The notes below the pieces were generated by a model that had not been told where the DNA came from, ran no database searches, and was given only the letters and a program-made list of their open reading frames with translations. A program made the translations under genes and the position numbers. A stretch of 63,956 nt of DNA, the filler included, from Octopus bimaculoides (lineage: Eukaryota): the NCBI RefSeq assembly GCF_001194135.2. It is 5 parts of 5 records of this genome, joined end to end, with 100 filler letters (N's around TTAATTAATTAA, not from the genome) between each part and the next. Parts side by side here need not be neighbours in the genome. Positions count along the whole stretch, not along the records: positions 24,130 to 44,011 come from NC_068984.1; positions 44,112 to 50,010 come from NC_069008.1; 3 more parts are not named here. One strand, 5' to 3'. Positions 38,097 to 49,627 of this stretch are shown piece by piece. Position 1 is the first letter of the stretch; each line of letters starts with the position of its first letter.

Positions 38097-38538
38097 TGGA
38101 GTAAAGATTGTTTGCCAACATAACACGGTAGTCCTGGTTCAGGTCGAATGTTGCTGTAATTTAGCCCCGGGAGACATCGTCTCCAGCTGGCTATACAACA
38201 CGATCCGTGTCCTTATATTTTCGAATAAAGGAATCCAGCACCCCCACTCAACTCAAAACAATATCTGTGTATCGCGATTTCTGGGTTATTTCTCTTCATT
38301 AGCATAGAATAATTGTTCGACTAGATTCTGTGCTGATGAAGGGAAATAACCCAGAAATCACATTACACAGATGTTGTTTTGAGCTGAGTGGGGGTGCTGG
38401 ATTCCCTTGTTCGAAAATATAAGAACACGGATCGTGTCATATAGCCAGCTGGAGACGATGTCTCCCGGGGCTAAATTACAGCAGCATTCATCCTAAATCA
38501 GGATTGCCATGTTATGCTGGCAAATAATCTTTACTCCA
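38097..38538. repeat. Inverted repeat with about 214-bp arms and 14-bp spacer, each arm carrying a hammerhead motif
   Basis: 38097-38310 is the near reverse complement of 38325-38538. Plus motif TCTGTG-CTGATGA-aGGGaaataaCCCa-GAAA-TCACAT-TA-CACAGA (38327-38371); minus motif with CTAATGA and TCGCGA (38264-38308). Confidence 0.9.
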
Positions 38539-38593
38539 AAATACTGTTGCTGAATATTTCTTGTGAGATTTACAAATAGTAATAAGGAATAAT

Positions 38594-38627
38594 GTCCAGT
38601 TGACCACAATGATGTGGTCAACTGGAC
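38594..38627. repeat. Perfect 15-bp hairpin
   Basis: gtccagttgaccaca-atga-tgtggtcaactggac. Confidence 0.9.
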
Positions 38628-38636
38628 GTCATCATC

Positions 38637-38901
38637 TTCAATTCTGGACATCGTTGTCTTGACGCCTAGGAATCATTGGGCCAATTTGCTGGTTGCCATG
38701 GCGTATAAGTGACCATTCTCTCTGAATGGAGCGCTGGTCCCTCGCAATGTTACTCATTTACAGGTGAGTGGACTGGAGGAATATGAAATGAAGTGTTTTG
38801 CTTAATAACACAATGCGCTATCTAGTCCGGGAATCGAAACCATTATCTTGCGTCCGTGAGTGCCACACCTCAACCACAAGGCCACACGCCTTCTCCTCCA
38901 A
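38637..38901 (-). mobile_element. SINE family D with probable 14-bp TSD
   Basis: Reverse complement of head and central block (ctcatttacaggtgagtggactggag). tggacgtcatcatc occurs at 38623-38636 and 38902-38915. Confidence 0.75.
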
Positions 38902-39831
38902 TGGACGTCATCATCAATTGGACAGTTAGCTATATCGAGAGTTAGGGATGGTAATTAGCCGTTCGATCGGATCATTTCTAAGCTAATCCGTTAATGTAAT
39001 TAAATAAACGATTACAAACGCCTTACGTTTATACAACAACAGTAATTATCCATCTCACAATCAACCACACCCCTCCCCTCCACCACCATCGTCGTCGTCA
39101 TCACTGTCGTCAGCAGCACCGGCAGCAGCAACAAGAGCAGCAGCAACAAGAGCAGCAGCAACAGGAGCAGCATCAATAACAGCAGTAGCACAGAATCTTC
39201 ATCGTAATTTCCATCATAATCATAGTCATTATCTTCTTCTTCTTCTTCTTCTTCTTCTTCTTCTTCTTCTTCTTCTCCTCCTCCTCCTCCTCCTTCTTCT
39301 TCTTCTTCTTCTTCTTCTTCTTCTTCTTCTTCTTCTCCTTCTTCTTCTTCTTCTCTTCCTCCTTCTCATCTTCCTCTTCCTCCTCCTCCCCCTTCTCATC
39401 TTCCTCATCGTCATCCCCATCATCTTCGTCATCTTTGTGGTCGTTGTTGTCATCATTGTAGTGGTAGTAGCAAAAGTATTCTCCTCCCCTTCCTCCTCCT
39501 CTTCCTCCTNNNNNNNNNNTCATCATCATCAATAATAGTAGTACTACTATTACTACTAGAAGAAGCAGTGCCATGTGCGGAACGTTCACCGCTGGCGTCC
39601 CTGACCTTCAAAACCTACGCTTTTCTTGGGGTGGATTCGTTATTTCTGTTACATTTCCAGGTATTTTCCGAAATGAAATCGTGGTTGTTGTTTTGAATCA
39701 AGTTTAACACAAATAACAGTAATTTCACGGATGACTGAATAAGCCCTCAGGTAAAATTTAAATGGCAAGTCATTATGCATGCATATTTATATGATATCTA
39801 TATAGACACACACACATGCATACATTAAAAG

Positions 39832-39885
<54 letters not shown>

Positions 39886-40598
39886 GTTCGAATAGTAGAG
39901 TATTACACCTGTTAATTAACCAAAGCATGATTAATTATACTTTGGTCAATCATTAAAGGCGTCCTTTGCCAATTGAAGGCATATATATTAAATTAATATT
40001 TTTTAATCTTCACAGAGTGAACGAATCAATACGCATGACCAACCATCCAAGAACTCTCCTGCCTTTAGAGCGCTTTCCATTCAAAAGCCATTTATTCCCA
40101 TTTATTCTTTGTATTTGATTCTTTGCATTCTTCACCTCTCACTCCCCGAATACATACCAAACATCTTGCCTCCTTAATGGATTAGCATCTCTCATACCAA
40201 CACCGTCCTGCTACATACAACGGCGAAATGTACATATTATAACACTGTAGCCTACTATGTAACCTGATGAGGTGCATTTGATTCCATTATATCGTTTCTT
40301 ACCCACAAGGGAGCAGTGCAGTTGTAAGCCGAAACGATTGTCATGCTAAATAAAGCTTGCAGTACATTCTGTTTTCTCTATCAATTATCAAAAATATACT
40401 AAACATGCACCGACGTAATCCTTACGTAGATCCTGCGACTAAAGTACAGCTGGCGGTATGGAGTGAACGTGCTCCCAGGGCACACTAATAGGGACATATC
40501 CAAAACAGGGTTTGGATGCTATATTTTAAAGTTTCCTATCTAAACTTTAATTTTAAAGATTGCCTAGCGATCATTTTTCTAGCATTTTTTGATTGTCT

Positions 40599-40661
40599 TA
40601 ATAAGTGACGAGATGCCGGAGCAGATTTCCGCTCCGACATCCGAAACTCGGAGTTTTATTA
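40599..40661 (+). ncRNA. Hammerhead motif with extended stem II, core variant G3
   Basis: TAATAA-GTGACGA-GATG c CGGAGC agatttcc GCTCCG a CATC c-GAAA-CTC g GAG-TT-TTATTA. All three stems pair. Confidence 0.6.
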
Positions 40662-41200
40662 TGGCAACCGAATAATTGTCACATATTATATTACAGATAT
40701 ATATANNNNNNNNNNNNNNNNNNNNNNNNNNNNNNNNNNNNNNNNNNNNNNNNNNNNNNNNNNNNNNNNNNNNNNNNNNNNNNNNNNNNNNNNNNNNNNN
40801 NNNNNNNNNNNNNNNNNNNNNNNNNNNNNNNNNNNNNNNNNNNNNNNNNNNNNNNNNNNNNNNNNNNNNNNNNNNNNNNNNNNNNNNNNNNNNNNNNNNN
40901 NNNNNNNNNNNNNNNNNNNNNNNNNNNNNNNNNNNNNNNNNNNNNNNNNNNNNNNNNNNNNNNNNNNNNNTATATATATAAATAGGGTAAAAAATCATAT
41001 ATTAATTAATATCGATTAATTACCAGGAAGCTAGCACATGTCCACGTTAGTGGTCAACGTTATATATATATATATATATATACATATATACGGTCGCACG
41101 TATATAGTGAATGTGTTTCGTTTAAATGCGTGCGCGCACAAACACGCACACAAATATCTGTGTGTGTATGTATATATATATATATATATANNNNNNNNNN

Positions 41201-41240
<40 letters not shown>

Positions 41241-41700
41241 CTTCCAACTTCCGTCTGTCTCATTAGTTACATATTTATAAGTATATATATATATACCTAT
41301 ACATACATGCATACATACATATATACATATATATCCATCTATCTATATATGTGTGTGTGAGTATGTGGGCATGGGTGTATTTGTTTGCATGTGTAAACAA
41401 ACATTCCAGCATGTGAGTGGGTGAAGAGACACATGCGGAATATGCGTAATGCATCAAGTATTCCGTGTATAATAGGATATGTTTGTGCGTATGTGCGACA
41501 TCATAATCATCGTACAATAACATAAACGACCTTCAAGAAAACTCGTTGGGAGACGTTGAACAAGCAGGAGACTGGCAGCTGAAACAGGTGTAATTGTCAG
41601 TGGAACGGCGGAAGGTGATCCACAGTCATAATATTGACACAGCAAATATTTTGTACCTGAGGGAGGAATAGATAAATAGTGGAGGAGTTATATAATGTGA

Positions 41701-41731
<31 letters not shown>

Positions 41732-42174
41732 NNNNNNNNNNNNNNNNNNNNNNNNNNNNNNNNNNNNNNNNNNNNNNNNNNNNNNNNNNNNNNNNNNNNN
41801 NNNNNNNNNNNNNNNNNNNNNNNNNNNNNNNNNNNNNNNNNNNNNNNNNNNNNNNNNNNNNNNNNNNNNNNNNNNNNNNNNNNNNNNNNNNNNNNNNNNN
41901 NNNNNNNNNNNNNNNNNNNNNNNNNNNNNNNNNNNNNNNNNNNNNNNNNNNNNNNNNNNNNNNNNNNNNNNNNNNNNNNNNNNNNNNNNNNNNNNNNNNN
42001 NNNNNNNNNNNNNNNNNNNNNNNNNNNNNNNNNNNNNNNNNNNNNNNNNNNNNNNNNNNNNNNNNNNNNNNNNNNNNNNNNNNNNNNNNNNNNNNNNNNN
42101 NNNNNNNNNNNNNNNNNNNNNNNNNNNNNNNNNNNNNNNNNNNNNNNNNNNNNNNNNNNNNNNNNNNNNNNNNN

Positions 42175-42390
42175 AGAATTAAGTTAAAAAAGCCGGAAAA
42201 ATAATCCAGAATCCTTGTTCGGTAGCGGATCGATCCCAAAATTACCCAGTTCGTACCAGTCATGAGGCCAAACATCCCTGAAAGTTTCATCCGAATCCAT
42301 GCAGCGGTTCTTGAGATATCTTGTCCACGGACAAACAAACAAACAAACAAACATGACTGAAAACAATACCTGCGCCTTCGCAAAGGCGGA

Positions 42391-42392
<2 letters not shown>
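42175..42392 (+). mobile_element. Helentron-associated (HINE/DINE-like) non-autonomous element, 3' half
   Basis: Ends caaacaaacaaac..aatacctgcgcc-ttcgcaaa-ggcggaggtaat: internal (CAAA)n and a terminal 7/8-bp hairpin ending GGCGGAGGTAAT, as in HINE-type ends. The 5' half lies in the gap. Confidence 0.6.
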
Positions 42393-42456
<64 letters not shown>

Positions 42457-42458
42457 AA

Positions 42459-42583
42459 AAGGGACAGCAAGGACTACCAGGAGGGTTGTAAGCACCTGAA
42501 AGACTGGTAAAAATTGTGGATACCTAAGGTTACAGGTAGTAACCCACTATTCACATAATAGGACCGAACCTGAGCCAAACCAA
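42459..42583 (+). mobile_element. Severely 5'-truncated Dong-like element inside (TAA)n
   Basis: GTARTTRRVVST* then a 3' UTR matching the 35798 copy (aaggttacaggtagtaacc..ttcacataat..gaccgaacctgagc). (AAT)n on both sides. Confidence 0.85.
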
Positions 42584-43493
42584 AATAATAATGTGTGGAT
42601 ATATATATATATAAGAAATAATTAAGATTCAGTTGAATTGGGTACTTAAGTTGAAGCACCAAGTATGTACAGTATTGTCCGCATAGCTCGGAGTTAGGTG
42701 AATAAAAAGCAAATAAGTAACATGGATGTCCAGGTATCAGTGCATTGCGGCCGTTTCAAGCGGCTCTATTTAATCGATCAATACAAACATTCCATCAATT
42801 TGAAATAAACCGCTCTCCTCCGACGCATACGACAATATAAATTTTCAACATACAGGATACTCCATTATAATTTTTAGCAAATTTTTCATCAGTAATTGAA
42901 CCTAAAAGAATTACATTGCTTCTTTTTGCTATTATTGTAGCAGAATGAATTTAGGGAAAGAATACTTAAAAAGTCTATTATAATTCAGAGTGGCAGAAGG
43001 AAATAATGGGTGTCAAGAAAGAGGAATGGTGATAGAGTTACACTCGTCTTTATCCTCTTCACCTTCAAAAGACTCAATGCAGTAAGTAGTGTACTTCCTC
43101 TTAGAATTAAAACCATCGGCAATTGACAGTTGAGTTCTTGTTGCCGGTGATAAATCAATTAATGTCAGATACTCTTCCCTACTCCTATTTCACAATGACC
43201 ATAAAACCAGCCATACCTACATAAAAGAATGTCTCAGAAGATGCTAGCAAGTTAATGATAGATAGGGACGAGGTGATAACCAGAAAGAGGACTTTACATA
43301 TGATTATCAAATAAAAAGGGGCCTAAAATGGAAAACAGTGGAGGTCACAATGAGATCATAGTGTGGGGATTAAAAGTACGGGAAGGAATGTGCTTCGAAA
43401 CTTAGCAAAATTCTGATATTAAAATATGAAAAATTTAGAAAAGAATTTGAGGAGTAGAAGTTGTGATCGGGCAGTTGTGATCAAGAATCACAA

Positions 43494-43531
43494 CTGTCTG
43501 ACGAACGGGAACGTGAAACTCCGAGTAACAG
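43494..43531 (+). ncRNA. Minimal type I hammerhead ribozyme motif
   Basis: CTGT-CTGACGA-ACG ggaa CGT-GAAA-CTC c GAG-TA-ACAG. Intact core, GUA triplet ending at 43527; stem III can form only as a dimer. Confidence 0.75.
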
Positions 43532-43743
43532 ATTTTTGTGATGTTTTTGCAGTTTTAATAAAAAAAAACAAACAAACGTGTGTGTGTGTGTATATATGTT
43601 TACGATCTTATATGAATCAAAACGAATCAGATGAACGCAGAAAATTTATAGATGACGAGGTATGAATGTACTCTAGAACACAGAGATATATACCCACAGG
43701 AATATTATCTATCTATCTATTTATTTATCTATCTATCTATCTC

Positions 43744-43786
<43 letters not shown>

Positions 43787-44213
43787 GGGCAGAGATAGGA
43801 ATAGACGGGGATGCAAATGCCTCAAAGACCTGCTCAGACGCTTTCAACTGTCTGACAGGTACCGACTCGACCATCCGAATGCGCCAATGTGGACATGGAC
43901 AAACCGCATCGGGTTGTCGAGATCATATCTAGATAGAGTACTGTGTAGGAGAGTAGATAGAGATAGCATAGGGTGTCCACAATTTCACATAGTCAGCTAC
44001 ACGGATCACAANNNNNNNNNNNNNNNNNNNNNNNNNNNNNNNNNNNNNNNNNNNNTTAATTAATTAANNNNNNNNNNNNNNNNNNNNNNNNNNNNNNNNN
44101 NNNNNNNNNNNCTACTGTTGCTAGTATTACCACCACCACCACCACCACCAACACTACTACTACTATTGCTAGTATTACCACCGCCACTACTACTACTACT
44201 ACTACTGTTGTCA

Positions 44214-44465
44214 TTAGCGGTCAGCTGGCGGTAGTGCATTGAAGTAGATGCTTAGCACGCTGGATGAAACGCTTAGTGGTATTTCGTCTGTCATCAGGTT
44301 CTGAGTTCAAATCCCACCGAGGTCGACTTTGCCTTTCATCCTTACGGGGTCGATAAAATAAGTGCCAGTTGTACACTGAGGTCGATGTAATCGACTCATT
44401 TCCTCCCCCAAAATTGCTGCCCTTGTGGAAAAATTTTAAACTATTATTATTATTATTATTATTAT
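44214..44465 (+). mobile_element. SINE family B, (ATT)n tail
   Basis: gttctgagttcaaatcccaccgaggtcgactttgcctttcatcc..ttgctgcccttgtggaaaaatttt..attattatt. Confidence 0.88.
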
Positions 44466-44654
44466 TGTACTGGTTGGAGAAATCATCAAAGAATAGGAAA
44501 AATTATTTACCAAAGTTATTGTGGCTCTTTAAATTTTGAGTTCAAATCCCATCCAGGCCAGCTTTAATTTTCATTCTCCCTCGATTCATAAAATACAGTA
44601 AGTGTACTGATGCATGCATAAGAGCGACAGTGGCGCTCTTGTAAACCCAAGGTG

Positions 44655-45058
44655 TCACCGCATGTGAAGGCTCTGTCATATTTCTGTGGAAGATATTACG
44701 TATGTCCTGAAATGTCATCACGGCAGCTCTCCTAAAATGTCGTTGCTGTGCTACCTCCCTATGCTGCACGATGTTGTTGCGAGAGCAATTTACAATGCCA
44801 TCCGCAAAAAGGACTGTCCTGAAATAAACTTAGAATATCCCTCTGTTATGGAATACGTTCATAAACACCAATTCAAGGAATACTGGTGGAATATTCCCAT
44901 CAAAACTTCTTTCAAGTGTAAGCATAACTGGCCAGATATGGTTGTTTGGGACGGAGGGGCAAAAGTATGTACGAACAGAGAGGTCAGCTGCCCTGCAGAT
45001 ATAAACATCTGTTTGAAAATCAGAGAAAAAGAAGATATACCTATGAACAATTACTTCG
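44655..45058 (+). pseudogene. RLE non-LTR retrotransposon: zinc knuckle plus endonuclease remnant
   Basis: (C)RLCHISVEDITYVLKC..PKMSLLCYLPMLHDVVARAIY..KCKHNWPDMVVWD..C..EVSCPADINICLKIREKED. Contains CCHC, RHD-like and PD..E..EK motifs; runs into a gap. Confidence 0.88.
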
Positions 45059-46029
45059 NNNNNNNNNNNNNNNNNNNNNNNNNNNNNNNNNNNNNNNNNN
45101 NNNNNNNNNNNNNNNNNNNNNNNNNNNNNNNNNNNNNNNNNNNNNNNNNNNNNNNNNNNNNNNNNNNNNNNNNNNNNNNNNNNNNNNNNNNNNNNNNNNN
45201 NNNNNNNNNNNNNNNNNNNNNNNNNNNNNNNNNNNNNNNNNNNNNNNNNNNNNNNNNNNNNNNNNNNNNNNNNNNNNNNNNNNNNNNNNNNNNNNNNNNN
45301 NNNNNNNNNNNNNNNNNNNNNNNNNNNNNNNNNNNNNNNNNNNNNNNNNNNNNNNNNNNNNNNNNNNNNNNNNNNNNNNNNNNNNNNNNNNNNNNNNNNN
45401 NNNNNNNNNNNNNNNNNNNNNNNNNNNNNNNNNNNNNNNNNNNNNNNNNNNNNNNNNNNNNNNNNNNNNNNNNNNNNNNNNNNNNNNNNNNNNNNNNNNN
45501 NNNCACGTTTCTTTATACAAAATCCCATGTTAAAATATATATTTATAGAGGCATGTTACTATATATATATATATATATATGATTATTTGTCCCTTTCTCT
45601 CTTTATTTAAGCATGTGTACGTAAGCACACACATATATATATGTATGTATATGTGTGTGTATGTGTGTGTTTACACGAATGTGTGTGTATGACAAAAAGA
45701 TAAGTGCACATAGAACCACACACAGACATATACCCTAACACCTTAGTGCAGCCATACACACACACACACACACACCGAGGCGCGTTTCCAGATAACAGTA
45801 TCTTCCATAGTTGCAAGGCAATGTTCGAACCAATTCAAGACTGGAAAATAAGTCAAACCAAATACGATTTGATAAACAAGTTTAACCTTAAAACTTCCTC
45901 ACAAATGAAACACAACTGACTTCTTTTACAACCATTTCGTCGTTCCTCTCTTTCTTCCTCTCTTTGCCACCTTTTCTTTCTTTTTTTTCTTTTTTGTTGT
46001 TCTTGTTGTTATTGTTCTGTCTTCTTTTT

Positions 46030-46436
46030 CCTCCTCTTTGTTGTTGTTGTTGTTCGCTTTCTTCTTCTTCGCTTTCTTCATCTTCGCTTTCTTCTTCTTC
46101 TTCTTCTTCTTTGCTTTCTTCTTCTTCTTCGCTTTCTTCTTCTTCTTCGCTTTCTTCTTCTTCTTTGCTTGCTTATTCTTCTTCTTCGCTTTCTTCTTCT
46201 TTGCTTTCTTCTTCTTCTTCTTCGCTTTCTTCTTTGCTTTCTTCTTCTTTGCTTTCTTCTTCTTTGCTTTCTTCTTCTTTGCTTTCTTCTTCTTCGCTTT
46301 CTTCTTCTTCGCTTTCTTCTTCTTCGCTTTCTTCTTCTTCTTCGCTTTCTTCTTCTTCTTTGCTTTCTTCTTCTTCTTTGCTTTCTTCTTCTTCTTCTTT
46401 GCTTTCTTCTTCTTCTTCTTTGCTTTCTTCTTCTTC
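46030..46436. repeat. (TTC)n punctuated by GCT every few triplets
   Basis: About 26 units of gct(ttc)3-6 with ttt variants. Confidence 0.92.
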
Positions 46437-46490
46437 TATCACTTTTCTCCTTTCAAATTTCGTGTTAGTTTTTTTCCTCCACACACACAC

Positions 46491-46540
<50 letters not shown>

Positions 46541-46654
46541 TATATATTTTTCTTTTCTTTTATCCTCCACCGATAGCAAAGATGTTCGTTTCAAAGCCCC
46601 CGCTAGCTGCCGTGACCCGTAACCGACCGTAGGTCACACTTCACAGCTACTCAC

Positions 46655-46698
46655 GTCGACTATGGCTTGTCTCCAAGCCAGCCTCAAGATACTGGACA
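46655..46698 (-). other. Candidate internal exon (unverified)
   Basis: Polypyrimidine tract plus CAG acceptor, GAC|GTGAGT donor, 44 nt; open as VQYLEAGLETSHSR or SSILRLAWRQAIVD. Confidence 0.25.
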
Positions 46699-46729
46699 CT
46701 GTCCAATGTAAAGGAGAGGAGAGGACGGA

Positions 46730-46761
<32 letters not shown>

Positions 46762-47148
46762 AGAGGAAGGGAGGCGGGAACATTGCGAATTTCAAAGATG
46801 GCTGAATTTATCATACAATAACATTTTCGCGCATGCGCACACAGACACGTACACAAAGATGAGCCAGTGTACGTGTGTATATATATATATATATATATGT
46901 GTGTATGTGTATGTATATATATATATATATATATGTGTGTATGTGTATGTATATATATATATGTGTGTATGTGTATGTATATATATATATATGTGTGTAT
47001 GTGTATGTATATATATATATATGTGTGTGCGTATATATGTATGTGTGTGCGTATATATATACATGTGTGTGTATATATATATGTGTGTGTGTGTATTTGC
47101 GTAGATATACATTTGCAAGTATAGACACTGTATGTGTGTGTGTATATG

Positions 47149-47188
<40 letters not shown>

Positions 47189-47778
47189 TACATGATAAGC
47201 ATACATATATATAGATATTTGAGTATACATGAACAGATATACATACATACATACATATATATATATNNNNNNNNNNNNNNNNNNNNNNNNNNNNNNNNNN
47301 NNNNNNNNNNNNNNNNNNNNNNNNNNNNNNNNNNNNNNNNNNNNNNNNNNNNNNNNNNNNNNNNNNNNNNNNNNNNNNNNNNNNNNNNNNNNNNNNNNNN
47401 NNNNNNNNNNNNNNNNNNNNNNNNNNNNNNNNNNNNNNNNNNNNNNNNNNNNNNNNNNNNNNNNNNNNNNNNNNNNNNNNNNNNNNNNNNNNNNNNNNNN
47501 NNNNNNNNNNNNNNNNNNNNNNNNNNNNNNNNNNNNNNNNNNNNNNNNNNNNNNNNNNNNNNNNNNNNNNNNNNNNNNNNNNNNNNNNNNNNNNNNNNNN
47601 NNNNNNNNNNNNNNNNNNNNNNNNNNNNNNNNNNNNNNNNNNNNNNNNNNNNNNNNNNNNNNNNNNNNNNNNNNNNNNNNNNNNNNNNNNNNNNNNNNNN
47701 NNNNNNNNNNNNNNNNNNNNNNNNNNNNNNNNNNNNNNNNNNNNNNNNNNNNNNNNNNNNNNNNNNNNNNNNNNNNNN

Positions 47779-47814
<36 letters not shown>

Positions 47815-48133
47815 TTGATTCTTTGTTGCTCTTCACTAGTCACATTTAGGGATTCTATATTTGTCACATACTGTGACACAGAGAGATATACGTGCGTACA
47901 TACACACATGCATACCGTCATACATATATAGTTTCACACATACATACATGCGTACATTTTTTTCATACATACATGTATGCATGTTTAAATACGCACATGT
48001 GCAGGCGCAAACATGCATACATGAATAATACATGCATGCATACAATTATACGTACATGTAGATAACCTGAAAAAACTGTCATATATACACAGATCACTAT
48101 GCATATTCACTTAATTTTGTATGTATATATGTG

Positions 48134-48183
<50 letters not shown>

Positions 48184-48232
48184 TGACCGTTGACTGAACA
48201 CTATTCAATTTTTTTTCTCCTTGTCTCCGTAT

Positions 48233-48269
48233 TCTTTCTGTTGAAGAGCGTAGCTCGAAACGTCAAAGA
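48233..48269 (+). ncRNA. Degenerate hammerhead motif in a Penelope-like tail
   Basis: TCTTT-CTG(ttg)AAGA-gcgtagctc-GAAA-CG-TC-AAAGA. Stem I TCTTT/AAAGA; core carries a 3-nt insertion. Confidence 0.5.
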
Positions 48270-48500
48270 CTTTCCGTATTCCTGAGCGTCATACTAATAC
48301 ATCCTTTTGTTATTTACNNNNNNNNNNGGTTTGGAGGTGATGTACAGTAATTATATAGAAAAAAATTTTAATTAAGGTACTCAGAAACCTGGATGTTTGT
48401 ACATTTACAGATTTTTATTAATGTCACATATTAAATGAAGCGCCTTTCACTTAGTCGTGTAGGTTTTTCAAATTGTTTTATATATATATATATATATATA

Positions 48501-48937
48501 CTTTTCATTTATTCTTTTACTTGTTTCTGTCATTTGACTGCGGCCATGCTGGAGCACCGCCTGTAGTCGAGCAAATCGACCCCAGGACTTACTTTGTGTA
48601 AGCCTAGTACTTATTCTATCGGTGTCTTTTGCCGAACAATTAGGTTACAGGGGTGTAAACACACCAGCATCGGTTGTCAAGTGATGTTGGGTGGGACAAA
48701 GAAACAAACACATACACACACACGCACACACATATATTCTTTCATTATTCTACTCGTTTTAGTCATTTGACTGCGCCCATGCCGCAGCACCGTCTGCAGC
48801 CGAACAAATCAACCCCAGTGCTTATTCTTTGTAAGCTTAGTACTTATTCTATCGGAACCTTTTTGCCGAACCGCTAAGTTACGGGGACGTAAACACTCGT
48901 AAACACTCGTAAACATCGGATGTCGAGCGACACGCAA

Positions 48938-48945
<8 letters not shown>
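48501..48945 (-). mobile_element. Two tandem SINE family A 3' halves
   Basis: Tail motif catttgactgcg..gcagcaccg at 48530 and 48764; second copy has a 10-bp duplication gtaaacactc. Confidence 0.85.
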
Positions 48946-48992
<47 letters not shown>

Positions 48993-49627
48993 CATTCTTT
49001 CCTCTTGTTTTTCTCTCCCAAACTTCTTTCACACGCTTTTCCTCGGCTTCTCATCTGTCCGTTGATCGGTATCAACTGGAACCCGTGTCATCGTATCCAC
49101 GCATCCACGCCTATTAAGTGAATCTATATCTATTTTATTTCATTATCCGTATGTGCACCGAAAATAATCGATATCCCAAGAATCAATACCAAAAGCCTAT
49201 GACAACATAAACATCATCCGAATTTTATGGCTGTGAACATATCTATGAAGCTAAAAAAAAAAAAAAAAAAAAAAGGAAAAATCGGCAAACGACGTGATTC
49301 TGGTTTCAATACCGCTGTGATTCACCGTGGTCGACTGTCTGCCTACTATAGCTTCGATTTGAGCACCACAGTGGGAAGTACTCAATACTTGGGGTAGAGT
49401 AAAAGTAAATAAAAGATGAAGATAAATATATTTCGGAATACAGTTTCAACTGTACATAAAGCAGTAATGTATGAATTGGTATTTCTAACAAGTCTGCCTG
49501 TCATACGGAGATCTCGTTCATTGGCTCATACATACATATATACATAAGACGGTAGTGGGTGACCTGGCTGCTATTTCTACCACGTACATACGTATACACC
49601 ATAAACATAGAGATATATCGTTTATCG

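Noticed and set aside
40264-40342. CTGATGA...CCGAAACGATTGTC possible hammerhead
   Set aside because: The 60-nt insert does not form a convincing stem II and there is no stem I. It may be a very old PLE tail, but this is unsupported.
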